Virus record (IMG/VR): IMGVR_UViG_3300038530_004289
Location: 59,397 to 123,396 of that record
Reading direction: 5' to 3' (one strand)
From: a virus
Taxonomy: Duplodnaviria > Caudoviricetes
DNA: 64,000 nucleotides
The notes below the pieces were generated by a model. That model did no database searches, was not told where the DNA came from, and was given only the letters and a program-made list of their open reading frames with translations. A program made the translations under genes and the position numbers. This document shows positions 27,288-37,017 of the stretch, piece by piece. The stretch's first letter is position 1; each line of letters opens with the position of its first letter.

Positions 27288-27554
27288 CTATTCGCAGAGG
27301 TCAGTTGTGTAGTCAGGAGTCATCAAAAAGTATGCCACCAAAGAAAGTGAAACACCGATTGAACCCAATACTGAGGCTCCCACTAATTGTTTGCCTCTGA
27401 CTCCTACAAGACGAATGCCCGGTGCGATAAAAATGGCTCTTTTGAATGCGTTTTTCAACAATGAAGGAATTACCTCATACTCACCTTTAGCCAATCTTTC
27501 CGTAGCGAAGACGCTATCAGGTTTGAAAAACCATTTGACTCCTTCAACAATCAT
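27288..27554 (-). CDS. Small membrane protein
   Basis: C-terminal hydrophobic segment. Confidence 0.6.
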   Translation of the reverse strand: MIVEGVKWFFKPDSVFATERLAKGEYEVIPSLLKNAFKRAIFIAPGIRLVGVRGKQLVGASVLGSIGVSLSLVAYFLMTPDYTTDLCE

Positions 27555-27907
27555 TCTTCATCATCTGCCTCAACAATGATGATGGGTTCCTCATCTTCTT
27601 GTAATTTGCCTTGCGCTCTCCTGATGTCATTCTCAGTTTTGTGCAACCTTCGTATGGATTCAATGTATTCTTCTTCTTCAGCATTCCACCTATCAAAGAA
27701 TCTTGAAATCGCCATGTAAGCGGGACCGCTAAGGATACCGAGAACTGCGATGTAGGATTCGATATCTTGCCGAACTTGGTCATCAACAAAAGCAGTAGTT
27801 ATGAGTTGATAGGAAAGTAGCATGAAAATCATGACAAGTGGGACTGAAAGCAAAGCAACCATGAGGTTGTTAAAAGTAATCCTAATATCCCACTCGATTT
27901 TTCTCAT
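27551..27907 (-). CDS. Two-TM membrane protein with charged tail
   Basis: Two TMs followed by an acidic/coiled tail. Confidence 0.65.
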   Translation of the reverse strand: MRKIEWDIRITFNNLMVALLSVPLVMIFMLLSYQLITTAFVDDQVRQDIESYIAVLGILSGPAYMAISRFFDRWNAEEEEYIESIRRLHKTENDIRRAQGKLQEDEEPIIIVEADDEE

Positions 27908-27916
27908 TCATTCACC

Positions 27917-29935
27917 TCAAGGTTGTAGTTCTCTATTTAGCCATGTTTGTTCAATGAATTGTTGTTCTCCATCAGCATCAACCCAAATAGCATAAAAATA
28001 GAAGTCATAATGTGTAGCATTTGATTCTGTAAAATTGGTCAGAGTGAGATAGTTGTTATCTTCGACCCATCCTTGAATGTAGTGAAGGTCAGTTGTATAT
28101 TGAATCGGGCCTGTTCCATTTCCACTATTGCTACCATTAACTTCATATACTAAGAACTGAACTGATACATTATAACCCTCAAGATTGTTTGAATCATACC
28201 CACAATCAAGGTCATAACCTACTGAAGCATGGGTTGAATTTGTCGCTATTTCAATCCAAAACAAATTGATTTCACAAGTTTCAGGCTCTTGTTCCACCAC
28301 ATCAATTCCCCAAAACCAAACCTGTTCCAAAATGTCGCTATCCAAAGAAGCAATAATGGTCGGAGTCCAAGAATTTCCTACGGCCACTCCGTCAAATGTG
28401 TGGGAAACATCAATGTATTCCTCATCTCCACTCACAGTTTGCCAATGAGAATAGTTTGCATCATATCCGTTTTGGAACAACTGAATATCAATCTCGATTT
28501 CTTCACCCTCACAGTTGCTTGGAACCACTCTAAAGGCCACCAAGATAGCGTCTTGTTCAGCATCATCGGCCACATGACCTCGATAGTGATTGTGAATTTC
28601 CACATCACAAGGTTCTTCAGGCTCAGGATATTCGCATGAACCATCGTCTTCATTGGCTGAGTCATCGTAGTTGGTGGCTTCTGAATCGGTGCATCCGAAA
28701 ATGGTTTGTTCAGCCACAGTAATTGAGTCTGAAAGCCACTTCTCATCAATCACCGTATCGCCATCAAGTTTCAAAATGATTCTTGGGTCGTATGTTCCTA
28801 CTGCAACATCTTGTATGGTGAATGAGGCGAAATCTGCTCTGTCGTTATCAGAAATCCATCCGTCTTCCCATGAGTGTTCCTCATATTGCACTTGATTATC
28901 AACATACAATCTCCAAGTTAATTCAAATTGGTGGGAATCGCAAGCATCACCGACCTCAGAAGGGATGGCAATATCAACAGTCATCTTGACTGCATCTTGT
29001 TCTGCATCCTCTTCGTCAAGGAAGGCATTTTGATTTTGAAGGAATGCACTACATTCCACCTCTGCCATCACTTCATGAGTTTCAGGAGAATCCCAATTCC
29101 AATTTGAGCCATCGTATGTTTCAAAACTAAAGTGGTTTCGATAAACGCCCTCTTCCAAATCTGAAAAGATGAAGTTGATTTCATAATTGTGCTTGAACTT
29201 GATGTTATCCCATGAATGTTCGGTTTGATAGTAGCCATCTTTGTGCAGTTCAACGGTGAATCGCCCTTCCATCTCATGCGGGCATGAATCATCACCAAAG
29301 TTTGCTCTGACTACCAAGTGGTCTTCATTATCCAAGAAAGAGTAATCATTCCATGACCATTGACAATTTACGGGAGGCGGGCCACCGCCACCGCCATTGT
29401 TGTCATCCCAATAACAAGTCCCATCATCAACGGTTGCATCAGGCATGAAGTTTTCTGCGTCAGGTGCGGTGCATCCCCAAACTTCGACCCAATACTCATC
29501 ATCATAATCAGCATCGGATTCATCACCCATGATATCAATGACACCAAAGGCTTCAAGGCTTCCACCTGTCAAGAGTAGGAAGAATGGAATCAAAGATGCA
29601 AGGAGTTTCTTCAAATTGTCGGCCTTTCGTTGAACAGATTCAATTGCTCTATCAACAATATCTCCTTCAAGAGTGGTATCAACCTTCAACTCTGTTTTGT
29701 TGTCGCCACCATTCAGAACGGTGTTGCTTGAAATCTCTTTTGAGATTCCCTGAACAGTTGTAATCAGTTCTGCGGCCTCTTTCAATTGAGAAACCAAATC
29801 CTTCGCACCATCTTGATTTGACCTATTTAGTTTGCCATCATCAAGCAAATCTTCAAGGACATCCTCAACATCTCGACCTGTGGCTTCTGAAAGCACTTTG
29901 GCCTTTTCAGTCAAATCGTCTAAATCTTCATCCAT
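27917..29935 (-). CDS. Large acidic membrane-anchored surface protein with GCT..DDG.C repeats and repeated beta-rich domains
   Basis: TM LLASLIPFFLLLTGG; two GCT repeats; AEQDA repeat; several NxS/T sequons. Confidence 0.8.
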   Translation of the reverse strand: MDEDLDDLTEKAKVLSEATGRDVEDVLEDLLDDGKLNRSNQDGAKDLVSQLKEAAELITTVQGISKEISSNTVLNGGDNKTELKVDTTLEGDIVDRAIESVQRKADNLKKLLASLIPFFLLLTGGSLEAFGVIDIMGDESDADYDDEYWVEVWGCTAPDAENFMPDATVDDGTCYWDDNNGGGGGPPPVNCQWSWNDYSFLDNEDHLVVRANFGDDSCPHEMEGRFTVELHKDGYYQTEHSWDNIKFKHNYEINFIFSDLEEGVYRNHFSFETYDGSNWNWDSPETHEVMAEVECSAFLQNQNAFLDEEDAEQDAVKMTVDIAIPSEVGDACDSHQFELTWRLYVDNQVQYEEHSWEDGWISDNDRADFASFTIQDVAVGTYDPRIILKLDGDTVIDEKWLSDSITVAEQTIFGCTDSEATNYDDSANEDDGSCEYPEPEEPCDVEIHNHYRGHVADDAEQDAILVAFRVVPSNCEGEEIEIDIQLFQNGYDANYSHWQTVSGDEEYIDVSHTFDGVAVGNSWTPTIIASLDSDILEQVWFWGIDVVEQEPETCEINLFWIEIATNSTHASVGYDLDCGYDSNNLEGYNVSVQFLVYEVNGSNSGNGTGPIQYTTDLHYIQGWVEDNNYLTLTNFTESNATHYDFYFYAIWVDADGEQQFIEQTWLNRELQP

Positions 29936-29988
29936 GACTCTCGGTTAAGGTTTGAACTTACCGAGATTTAATGGTTTCTGTTTGAAGC

Positions 29989-30165
29989 CTATTCTTTATT
30001 CTTCATCTCTGCAAGGACTTGAGGAACCCTTTCAGACAGGAGAAGTAGTGCCGAAGCCCACAAACCTACAAAGATACCCAAGTTCTCATCTTGATATACG
30101 AAAATGTAAATGCTTCCAATAATCGAAAGAAGACAAGCAATCAATCCAAGTAAATTCCACTTCAT
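29989..30165 (-). CDS. 58-aa two-TM microprotein (not in ORF track)
   Basis: MKWNLLGLIACLLSIIGSIYIFVYQDENLGIFVGLW...; start overlaps the upstream stop. Confidence 0.6.
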   Translation of the reverse strand: MKWNLLGLIACLLSIIGSIYIFVYQDENLGIFVGLWASALLLLSERVPQVLAEMKNKE

Positions 30166-30638
30166 TCCACATCAACTCCTGCTTCAACCAATCTATCAAC
30201 TAACTCTTGCTTGACTCCACCAACATTTAGTCCATGTGCCTTTAGCAAATCTTTGAGTTCACTTACTTTCTTGGAATTCAACTTTTCAAGAATCTCATTC
30301 TTGACGGCATCGGAAACTTCATCGGAAATCTCATCAACTGCCGATTCAGCAGAGTCCTTCAAATCCGAAACAATTTGTTCACCCGAATCTAAAACGCCAT
30401 CTTCAGCGACATCTTCAAGTGCATCAGATACGGAATCAGCCACATCTTCAAGCACCTCTCCAACTGCATCCGATAGTTCAATATCAAGACCTGTCTTATC
30501 TTCAATGATATCTTCAACATCATCCAAAACTTCTTCTGCCTTCTTCATTAACTTGTCTTTGTGTCTCATCCAAAGCGGCAAAATAAGTGCCGCTACCAAT
30601 GCAACAATAAACAAAATTTGCTCATTACTCAACGCCAT
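30162..30638 (-). CDS. Membrane-anchored SAP-domain protein
   Basis: N-terminal TM; C-terminal KVSELKDLLKAHGLNVGGVKQELVDRL. Confidence 0.8.
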   Translation of the reverse strand: MALSNEQILFIVALVAALILPLWMRHKDKLMKKAEEVLDDVEDIIEDKTGLDIELSDAVGEVLEDVADSVSDALEDVAEDGVLDSGEQIVSDLKDSAESAVDEISDEVSDAVKNEILEKLNSKKVSELKDLLKAHGLNVGGVKQELVDRLVEAGVDVE

Positions 30639-30684
30639 GTTTCTCACTTAATCTCCACTTTGGCGATTACCCACTTAAATGTTT

Positions 30685-31371
30685 CTATGCTTGAATAGTA
30701 TTTTCAGGCATTGAATCTCCATTCAGATAAACTGTATTCAACAACAATTTGGCAGAATCCATTTGGATAAACGAAAACACAAAGGGATACCCACTCATCG
30801 TCTTGGAACTAAACTTGATTTTCAAAACCTTGCTTGCTTCTTCAAAGGGCAAACCTCGAATCAATCCACTTTGATGTTGTCTTTTGATACGGTATGACTT
30901 CATCTTCAACTCATGAACCATGTCAGGCGACATATTTTTTCGCAACTTCCATAGCACATTTCGATTGAGCGAAAGTCTGTTTGCACATTGAAGCAAAAGA
31001 TTGATTGCTCCAAGACCATATTCGGCATATCCGCTTCTTTCTTCAAACCTATCATTTCGTATTTTTGTGGCATCGTTAGCGAAACGGATTAGTTTGTAAA
31101 TTTCCGATGGAGCAATTTTTGGGAACTCCCTGAATTTGATTTCTTCCTTGTGTAAATTTTCAACTCTTCGCCTTGCAGTTTCAAAGGCATGAGCAGGAAT
31201 GAAAATAAATTGACCATGAATATCTGTGATTTTGTAGGCTCCCTCTTCTCGGTGTTCAAGAAGTGTTCTGAAAGTTCTGCGAGTATCAAAGCCTTGAGCC
31301 GACCTCAAGTAAATGGGGTTGCCATCGTTTTTGATTTTCACTACTGTTTGCTTTTGATTCATACTCATCAA
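30685..31371 (-). CDS. Basic hypothetical protein
   Basis: 228-aa ORF, coupled to the upstream gene. Confidence 0.65.
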   Translation of the reverse strand: MMSMNQKQTVVKIKNDGNPIYLRSAQGFDTRRTFRTLLEHREEGAYKITDIHGQFIFIPAHAFETARRRVENLHKEEIKFREFPKIAPSEIYKLIRFANDATKIRNDRFEERSGYAEYGLGAINLLLQCANRLSLNRNVLWKLRKNMSPDMVHELKMKSYRIKRQHQSGLIRGLPFEEASKVLKIKFSSKTMSGYPFVFSFIQMDSAKLLLNTVYLNGDSMPENTIQA

Positions 31372-31658
31372 ACCAACTCCCTTAGTGGAAATATCTCATC
31401 AAGAAATCCATTTGACCATCCATCTCTCATGGCTTTGAAAGCAGGGTCGCTTGCATCTAAGTTGTAGTTTCGTAGGGATGCAGTAAATTCATCCTCGAAA
31501 ATCCCCCAATACTGAACCATGTAAGGCAATACATCTTCTTCCACTTCCGCACCGCCAAGTTCTTCAGGATAAACCTTCTTGGCTTGCTTGGCAGAAAGCC
31601 TTCCCCTTACATGACCCATTCGATAATGAATTGGGTAATTTTCACTCATCATTCTCAC
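31368..31658 (-). CDS. Hypothetical protein
   Basis: ORF in a run of small genes. Confidence 0.55.
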   Translation of the reverse strand: MRMMSENYPIHYRMGHVRGRLSAKQAKKVYPEELGGAEVEEDVLPYMVQYWGIFEDEFTASLRNYNLDASDPAFKAMRDGWSNGFLDEIFPLRELV

Positions 31659-31972
31659 TCACTCTTCAATTTCAATCCAATTTGTTTCGTATGATTCATC
31701 CATTCTGAAAGTATCACCACTATCAGTATATCGCATCACATAAACAATCCTTTCTCCAAAGAAAACATCCACATCTATCAGTTCTGCCCTTCGGCCTGTG
31801 TGAACATTCTCTGCTTTCAAAATAACTTCATTCATTTCATTCCCTCATTCTTCAATAAATTCTTGAAATACCCAACCTTCTTCTTCATTCTCAATTTGGT
31901 ATGCCAAGATGTATCTTTTCCATTCTTTCATTTTCCCATCCTCCTTGTGTTAGCCTATGGAGCCACTACTTA

Positions 31973-32278
31973 TTAATCTTGCTCCCATTTCTTTCCTGTG
32001 GGGTAATTTATCTCTGCTTTTTCAGCATTCAAAATCTTGTGAATTTCAGGGTCAATCAAGTATAGCCAAGTGTATCCTCCATTATCCTTCTCATCTGAAC
32101 ATCCGTAATCAATTTCACAAACCTTCTTTTGAATCAAGGATGAAATAACACCCCGATAAATCTTCATATCCCACTCATCATGATAAATGTAGTCGCCATA
32201 TCCCTCAAACTCGGTTTCATCGGAAATCCATCGAATGATTTCCCACTCTCGTTCAGTTAATTTAACGCTCATGTTCAA
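31973..32278 (-). CDS. Small wHTH-like hypothetical protein
   Basis: LTEREWEII...YRGVISSLIQKKV. Confidence 0.55.
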   Translation of the reverse strand: MNMSVKLTEREWEIIRWISDETEFEGYGDYIYHDEWDMKIYRGVISSLIQKKVCEIDYGCSDEKDNGGYTWLYLIDPEIHKILNAEKAEINYPTGKKWEQD

Positions 32279-32353
32279 TCCTCAGCATTTGAATTCTCTG
32301 ATTCTCGGCAATCCTTGAGGTGCTTTCTCCATGCCCTCATCTCTGTGTGGATA

Positions 32354-32626
32354 TCACTCATTCTGAGTCCTCCACTTGTTTTCAACCTCAATCAATCGGT
32401 TGTATTCTCTTACAGTTATGGTGATTGTTTCTTCTCGCTTTCGAGGCATTGGTCGGCCTCCTTGGTGATTTCCCCTCGGCCTTGTTGGGATGTTGTGTTT
32501 ATCTAACCATAGTTGAATTGCCATAGGAGTAATTTCAAACTCTTTCGCAATATCAGTCATGGTTCTTTCTTTTGTGATGTATTCTTCGTATAGCCAATCT
32601 CGGTTATGATACAGTTTTCCTGCCAT
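32354..32626 (-). CDS. HTH transcription regulator (archaeal-virus type)
   Basis: YHNRDWLYEEY...TMTDIAKEFEITPMAIQLWLDKHNIPTR. Confidence 0.75.
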   Translation of the reverse strand: MAGKLYHNRDWLYEEYITKERTMTDIAKEFEITPMAIQLWLDKHNIPTRPRGNHQGGRPMPRKREETITITVREYNRLIEVENKWRTQNE

Positions 32627-32665
32627 AGTGCATCCTAAGGGGGTATAGTATAAAAACATTCCGCT

Positions 32666-33490
32666 TCAATACCAATCATAAAGAGTAAATGGATTACTCG
32701 CAAAGTTGTAAGCAAAAATTGAGTTATCGTTATCAGGAACTTTGTAATAATACAATTGGCCTTTTATGAATGATTCTCTGCGACCAACTGCTACGGCTCT
32801 CCTGTATCTCTCTTTTTCTTCTGCCATCAAATTATCATAGATGTCTTCGGCAGAACTGAACCTTTTTTCTATGCTTCTAAACTGTGATAACTGCCCAACA
32901 GTAGTATTTTGTTCAAAATTAATGCCCACTTCCTTCGACATTGGTTGAGCATACCATGTGCTTGTCGAGTAAAATGCACCATCATCTTCCCTACTTTTCC
33001 GAACCCAACCAAAAGCCCAAGGAATTGTCAATCGAGGCTTGTAAATGAAGGGAATTTGTTTTGATGATGGTGATGGTGGGTATATCTCTGGAAATTCAAG
33101 CAAAAGGGGAGTTCCATCCATCATATCAATTTCTCTTGCCTGTTCTTTACTCTCAATGAGAATAAACTTGGGATACTCATCAGGAGAAATAGTTCCAACC
33201 ATGTGCGAAAAACCAATTGATTTAGTTCCCTTAGAACTGTAATCAAATTTCAGATTTCCTCTGCCTGTTAATTCTTTCAAAATTTCGCTCACTTGAGGAT
33301 ATTTTGAATCTCCCATATTTCTCATCAATTCAAACATTCCTACATTTCCTGATTCATTGTGTCTGTAAGAGTTAGGTTTTTGAAAATACTTGGAAGCCGT
33401 TTCAAGTTCTTCGGTTTCTATCAAGAAAAGATGCTCTCCTAATCTTGATGCCCACTCGAAATCATTCAAAGTTTTAACCATCATTATCAC
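32666..33490 (-). CDS. Hypothetical protein with C-terminal IFAYNF tag
   Basis: 274 aa; last gene of a three-gene run. Confidence 0.7.
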   Translation of the reverse strand: MIMMVKTLNDFEWASRLGEHLFLIETEELETASKYFQKPNSYRHNESGNVGMFELMRNMGDSKYPQVSEILKELTGRGNLKFDYSSKGTKSIGFSHMVGTISPDEYPKFILIESKEQAREIDMMDGTPLLLEFPEIYPPSPSSKQIPFIYKPRLTIPWAFGWVRKSREDDGAFYSTSTWYAQPMSKEVGINFEQNTTVGQLSQFRSIEKRFSSAEDIYDNLMAEEKERYRRAVAVGRRESFIKGQLYYYKVPDNDNSIFAYNFASNPFTLYDWY

Positions 33491-34155
33491 CTGATTCGAT
33501 ATCCTCTTGAGAAATTGTAGGCTTGAATAATTCTCCTATCAGCATCAGGGCGATACATGAAAGTTTTTCGGTTGCTACCCTCCGTTCCTCCACCAATCTT
33601 TTCATAAAACTCGGTGAGTTTGCATTTTCTTGAATCGGGTTTGAATTTGATTTGGGCTTGATTATAGGAAACAACATATCCCTGTAATTGCCTTCGGGCG
33701 ATTGGAACATAATAATCACCCATTCCGTCTGTATTAATGAGTGAAAAAGGCCACATTTTTTCGGGCCTTCCATTAACCGTAGCGAACTTAACAATCACGC
33801 CTGATTTATAGCCCATCTTTTCCAATTCTGCAACATTACTTTGCTCCACAACTACCATATCAAGGAAGTTTTCAACAGGCAGATAACAGTAATCTCCTAT
33901 TCTGCTTGGGGATAATGTATCTTCAGGTATCATTTTTCTTACAAAGGGGGAGAATCCTTCAACGCCTGTGTTAAATTTGATGGCTTCTTCCATTTCATTT
34001 AGGAAATATCTATCCTCGTTTCCATTTAAGAACTCCATCATTATATCTCTTGAGTAATCGCTTTTCATTTTCTCTGCATCAATCGGATAAAGGAAATCTG
34101 CAACATCTTTAACCCACCATTTATCAAAAACAGGAAGGTCTGCTACTCGCTTCAT
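33487..34155 (-). CDS. Hypothetical protein with C-terminal IQAYNF tag
   Basis: 222 aa; ends RIIQAYNFSRGYRIR. Confidence 0.7.
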   Translation of the reverse strand: MKRVADLPVFDKWWVKDVADFLYPIDAEKMKSDYSRDIMMEFLNGNEDRYFLNEMEEAIKFNTGVEGFSPFVRKMIPEDTLSPSRIGDYCYLPVENFLDMVVVEQSNVAELEKMGYKSGVIVKFATVNGRPEKMWPFSLINTDGMGDYYVPIARRQLQGYVVSYNQAQIKFKPDSRKCKLTEFYEKIGGGTEGSNRKTFMYRPDADRRIIQAYNFSRGYRIR

Positions 34156-34937
34156 AGTTTGAACCCCCTATGGTGATTGTAAGAAACAATTCTCTCTTGC
34201 CCTCCTGCGTTGAGGAAAACATCATCCATCGGAGAAACCATGAAAGCCCTATCGCCCGATTTCCAACCCAAGTAATATCCCTCCAAATCAGGAAATCCCA
34301 TTGAGTAGTTGAATGAGAAATTCAATCTATTTCCACTCTCATTCGTAATCAAATGGGAATACGCACTTCCCTTTCCAATAATCAGTCCAAAGTAATACTC
34401 ATCTCTTCCCAAAAGTCCAAATGCCCAACATCTATTTTCCGAGGTTTCGTATTCCTCCCTCTCTTCTCTTGTGTGAAATCGCAATACATCATATTCCTCA
34501 AACATAACTGCTTCATTAATCGAGGTATTTACTGTTCCAAACCAAAAGTCATTCCTTTGCATCTTCCATTCTGAAGTGAACAAACTTTTACCTGTATCTA
34601 TGCTTTCTCCATCAACATTCGTATTCCCTGAAAATAATCCCACCAAAACTTTCTCAATCTGCTCTCTCTCCACTTCACCATCATAAAGTTCCATAATGTC
34701 GTTTATGCGCTGGTTGAATGGAGTCGTTTGATTTCTAAATATGCGATTCTGAATCATTCCGACCATGCACAGTTCGGCATATTTATTCACATCAGTTGTT
34801 CCAATTTCCTGCTTCAACTCAAATTCATTATTGACTCGTAATTTGCGGGGAGCCTCGTTTTTCCACTCTTTCCCCCTAATTCGCTCTAATGTCCTTCGAT
34901 TTCTATCAGGATACTGAAAGTAGGCCGAGGGCTTCAA
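34152..34937 (-). CDS. Hypothetical protein with C-terminal IVSYNH tag
   Basis: 261 aa; TTG start with GGAGGTGAGG SD; ends RIVSYNHHRGFKL. Confidence 0.7.
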   Translation of the reverse strand: MKPSAYFQYPDRNRRTLERIRGKEWKNEAPRKLRVNNEFELKQEIGTTDVNKYAELCMVGMIQNRIFRNQTTPFNQRINDIMELYDGEVEREQIEKVLVGLFSGNTNVDGESIDTGKSLFTSEWKMQRNDFWFGTVNTSINEAVMFEEYDVLRFHTREEREEYETSENRCWAFGLLGRDEYYFGLIIGKGSAYSHLITNESGNRLNFSFNYSMGFPDLEGYYLGWKSGDRAFMVSPMDDVFLNAGGQERIVSYNHHRGFKL

Positions 34938-34980
34938 AACCTCACCTCCATAAGCATCATACGGTGAATAATCACCACCT

Positions 34981-34989
34981 GATACTTAA
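34981..34989 (-). promoter_or_regulatory. TTAAGTATC promoter box (class A)
   Basis: Exact motif upstream of the three-gene YN-tag run. Confidence 0.75.
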
Positions 34990-34998
34990 GGTTGCCGA

Positions 34999-36948
34999 TT
35001 ATTCAGCAACAACTTCAGGTTCATTGGAAATGGGTGCATCTGAAATCTCACAGACTCCACTCGGACAATCGCTCTGAGCAGTTCCAATAATTGATTCATT
35101 GGCTTCAATATACTCAACTGCCTCTGAAGCCGAAAGTGGAACCAAAGGTTCATTACCTCTTGAGCCTGACCGATAAACAGTTGTGCCTTTCAATTGTGGA
35201 GCATACTTCAACAAAAGTTGGCTATACTTCTCAATATCGTAATCATTCGGAATGTTGATGGTTTTGGAAACTGCATTGTCAATGTGCTTTTGCACAGAAA
35301 CTTGAATTCTCAAATGGTCTTCAACAGAAATTTCATGAGCCGAAACGAAGGCTGAAACATCCACTCCTTGTTGATACAATTCTGTGAATAGTGGGTCAAT
35401 CACAACCTCTTCTTGAAGGACTCTTTCATTGGAGTCGTCAGAATCAGCGTAATATCTTCGCTTGTATCCTGCGGCAAAAACAGGCTCAATTCCACTTGAA
35501 GTTCCTGCAACAATGGATGTAGTTCCTGTGGGTGCAATTGTTAAAACTGCACAATTTCTCATCCCATATTCTCGAATCTTCGCCCTTGTTCCTTTTGTAA
35601 GGGTTTTGCAGAATCCCGATTCAAGGAATTTATCTGCATCAAAAGCCTCAAATGCACCTCTTTCAACTGCAAGATAAGTGGAAGCCTCATACGACTTCTT
35701 TTTCAAGAAGTTGAAAAGTTGCTCAACCTTTCTTCGCCCTTCAGAGGAATCATATCGCAGACCCAACATAATCAGCGAATGACCAAGACCCATAATTCCA
35801 AGTCCAATTCTTCGCACCTCTCGACAGTTGGCTTCGATTTCAGGGGTTGGGTAGGTGTTCACATCCAAGACATCATCAAGGAACCTAACTCCCACAAGTG
35901 CAGTATCCGCCAATTTGTCCCAATCGAAATCGCTTCGGTCAGGAAGCAAATGTGAAGACAAGTTGATGGCTCCCAAATCACAACACCCATACTCTTCAAG
36001 CCAAATTTCTCCACAAGGGTTTGTGCTGATGAGTGGTTTATGGTAGTGGATGTTGTTCATCTTGTTTGCCAAGCCTTCATTCAAGATACCCGGTTCTCCT
36101 GAAGTGTATGAATTCAAAACAATCATATCCCAAATTTCCTTTGCAGGGATTGTTCCCACTTCTTTGTTTCTCCAATTGAACTCAATGTTTTCACCATTCT
36201 TGACCTTTTCAAAGAATTCATCATCCACAAGAACTGAAACATTTGCATTCTTCAATCGCATATCAAGTTCATGCTTAATCAAATGCTTGAAAATATCCTC
36301 GTTTTCTGCGGAAAAGAGTTCCACAACCCTTTCAAGGTCAGCAGGAGGAAGATTCGGAAAGGCATCTCTCACAGTTTCCTTTACGGTTTCAGGATTCAAA
36401 TCCAATTTATTGAATTTTCTATTCATGAATTCCAAAATATCTGCGTGGTCATATCGCAAGCACATCATGAGGGCAGTCCTTCGACCTCCACCCGCTTTGA
36501 TTACTTCACCTGTTTGATTGATAACTTCCATCAAGGATACGGAGCCTGTCGCCTCGCCACCTGTCCCTCGAATAGGTGTCCCTCTTGGTCTGATGGGTGA
36601 AAAATTCATTCCGACTCCACCGCCTGTTCCTGAAATAATCAACATATCAGATACCGCTTTCGCCCATCCTTCTCTGCTATCGGCAGTCGGAACTACGAAA
36701 CAATTCAAGAGTTGGCCTTTTGCTCGGCCTGAACCATACCAAATTCTTCCACCGGGAATAAATCTGTTCTCAGCCATAACCTCAATAAATCGGTTAGTCC
36801 ACTTATCTCGCTTTCCATTTTCTGCTTGTGCTACATGGTTAGCAACTCTTTCACAAGCCTGAAAGTAAGTTTCATTTTCTGAAATAGCATATCTTTGTCT
36901 AAAAATTGTCTCAGCAAATCCTTCGGGTTCATACATTGTCGTCATCAT
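34999..36948 (-). CDS. nrdJ: Ribonucleotide reductase class II (adenosylcobalamin-dependent)
   Basis: FIPGGR, LNCFV, GGGVG, GGGRRTA, TNPCGE, CCDLGAINL, TIAPTGTTS, C-terminal CPSGVC; no small-subunit gene in the window. Confidence 0.92.
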   Translation of the reverse strand: MMTTMYEPEGFAETIFRQRYAISENETYFQACERVANHVAQAENGKRDKWTNRFIEVMAENRFIPGGRIWYGSGRAKGQLLNCFVVPTADSREGWAKAVSDMLIISGTGGGVGMNFSPIRPRGTPIRGTGGEATGSVSLMEVINQTGEVIKAGGGRRTALMMCLRYDHADILEFMNRKFNKLDLNPETVKETVRDAFPNLPPADLERVVELFSAENEDIFKHLIKHELDMRLKNANVSVLVDDEFFEKVKNGENIEFNWRNKEVGTIPAKEIWDMIVLNSYTSGEPGILNEGLANKMNNIHYHKPLISTNPCGEIWLEEYGCCDLGAINLSSHLLPDRSDFDWDKLADTALVGVRFLDDVLDVNTYPTPEIEANCREVRRIGLGIMGLGHSLIMLGLRYDSSEGRRKVEQLFNFLKKKSYEASTYLAVERGAFEAFDADKFLESGFCKTLTKGTRAKIREYGMRNCAVLTIAPTGTTSIVAGTSSGIEPVFAAGYKRRYYADSDDSNERVLQEEVVIDPLFTELYQQGVDVSAFVSAHEISVEDHLRIQVSVQKHIDNAVSKTINIPNDYDIEKYSQLLLKYAPQLKGTTVYRSGSRGNEPLVPLSASEAVEYIEANESIIGTAQSDCPSGVCEISDAPISNEPEVVAE

Positions 36949-36979
36949 TTTCACCTGATTTAGGAGATGTTTGGAACCT

Positions 36980-36988
36980 CCTATTTAA
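36980..36988 (-). promoter_or_regulatory. TTAAATAGG promoter box (class B)
   Basis: 40 nt upstream of the nrdJ ATG with GGTGA SD; the same 9-mer precedes genes at 26132, 48699, 50491, 60346 and 62080. Confidence 0.7.
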
Positions 36989-37017
36989 GACCACCGCTTA
37001 GAGTCTGCGTTAAGTCC

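Noticed and set aside
36295-36320. LFSAENE in NrdJ as a processing linker
   Set aside because: Single half-site in an enzyme under a class B promoter; expected by chance in acidic proteins
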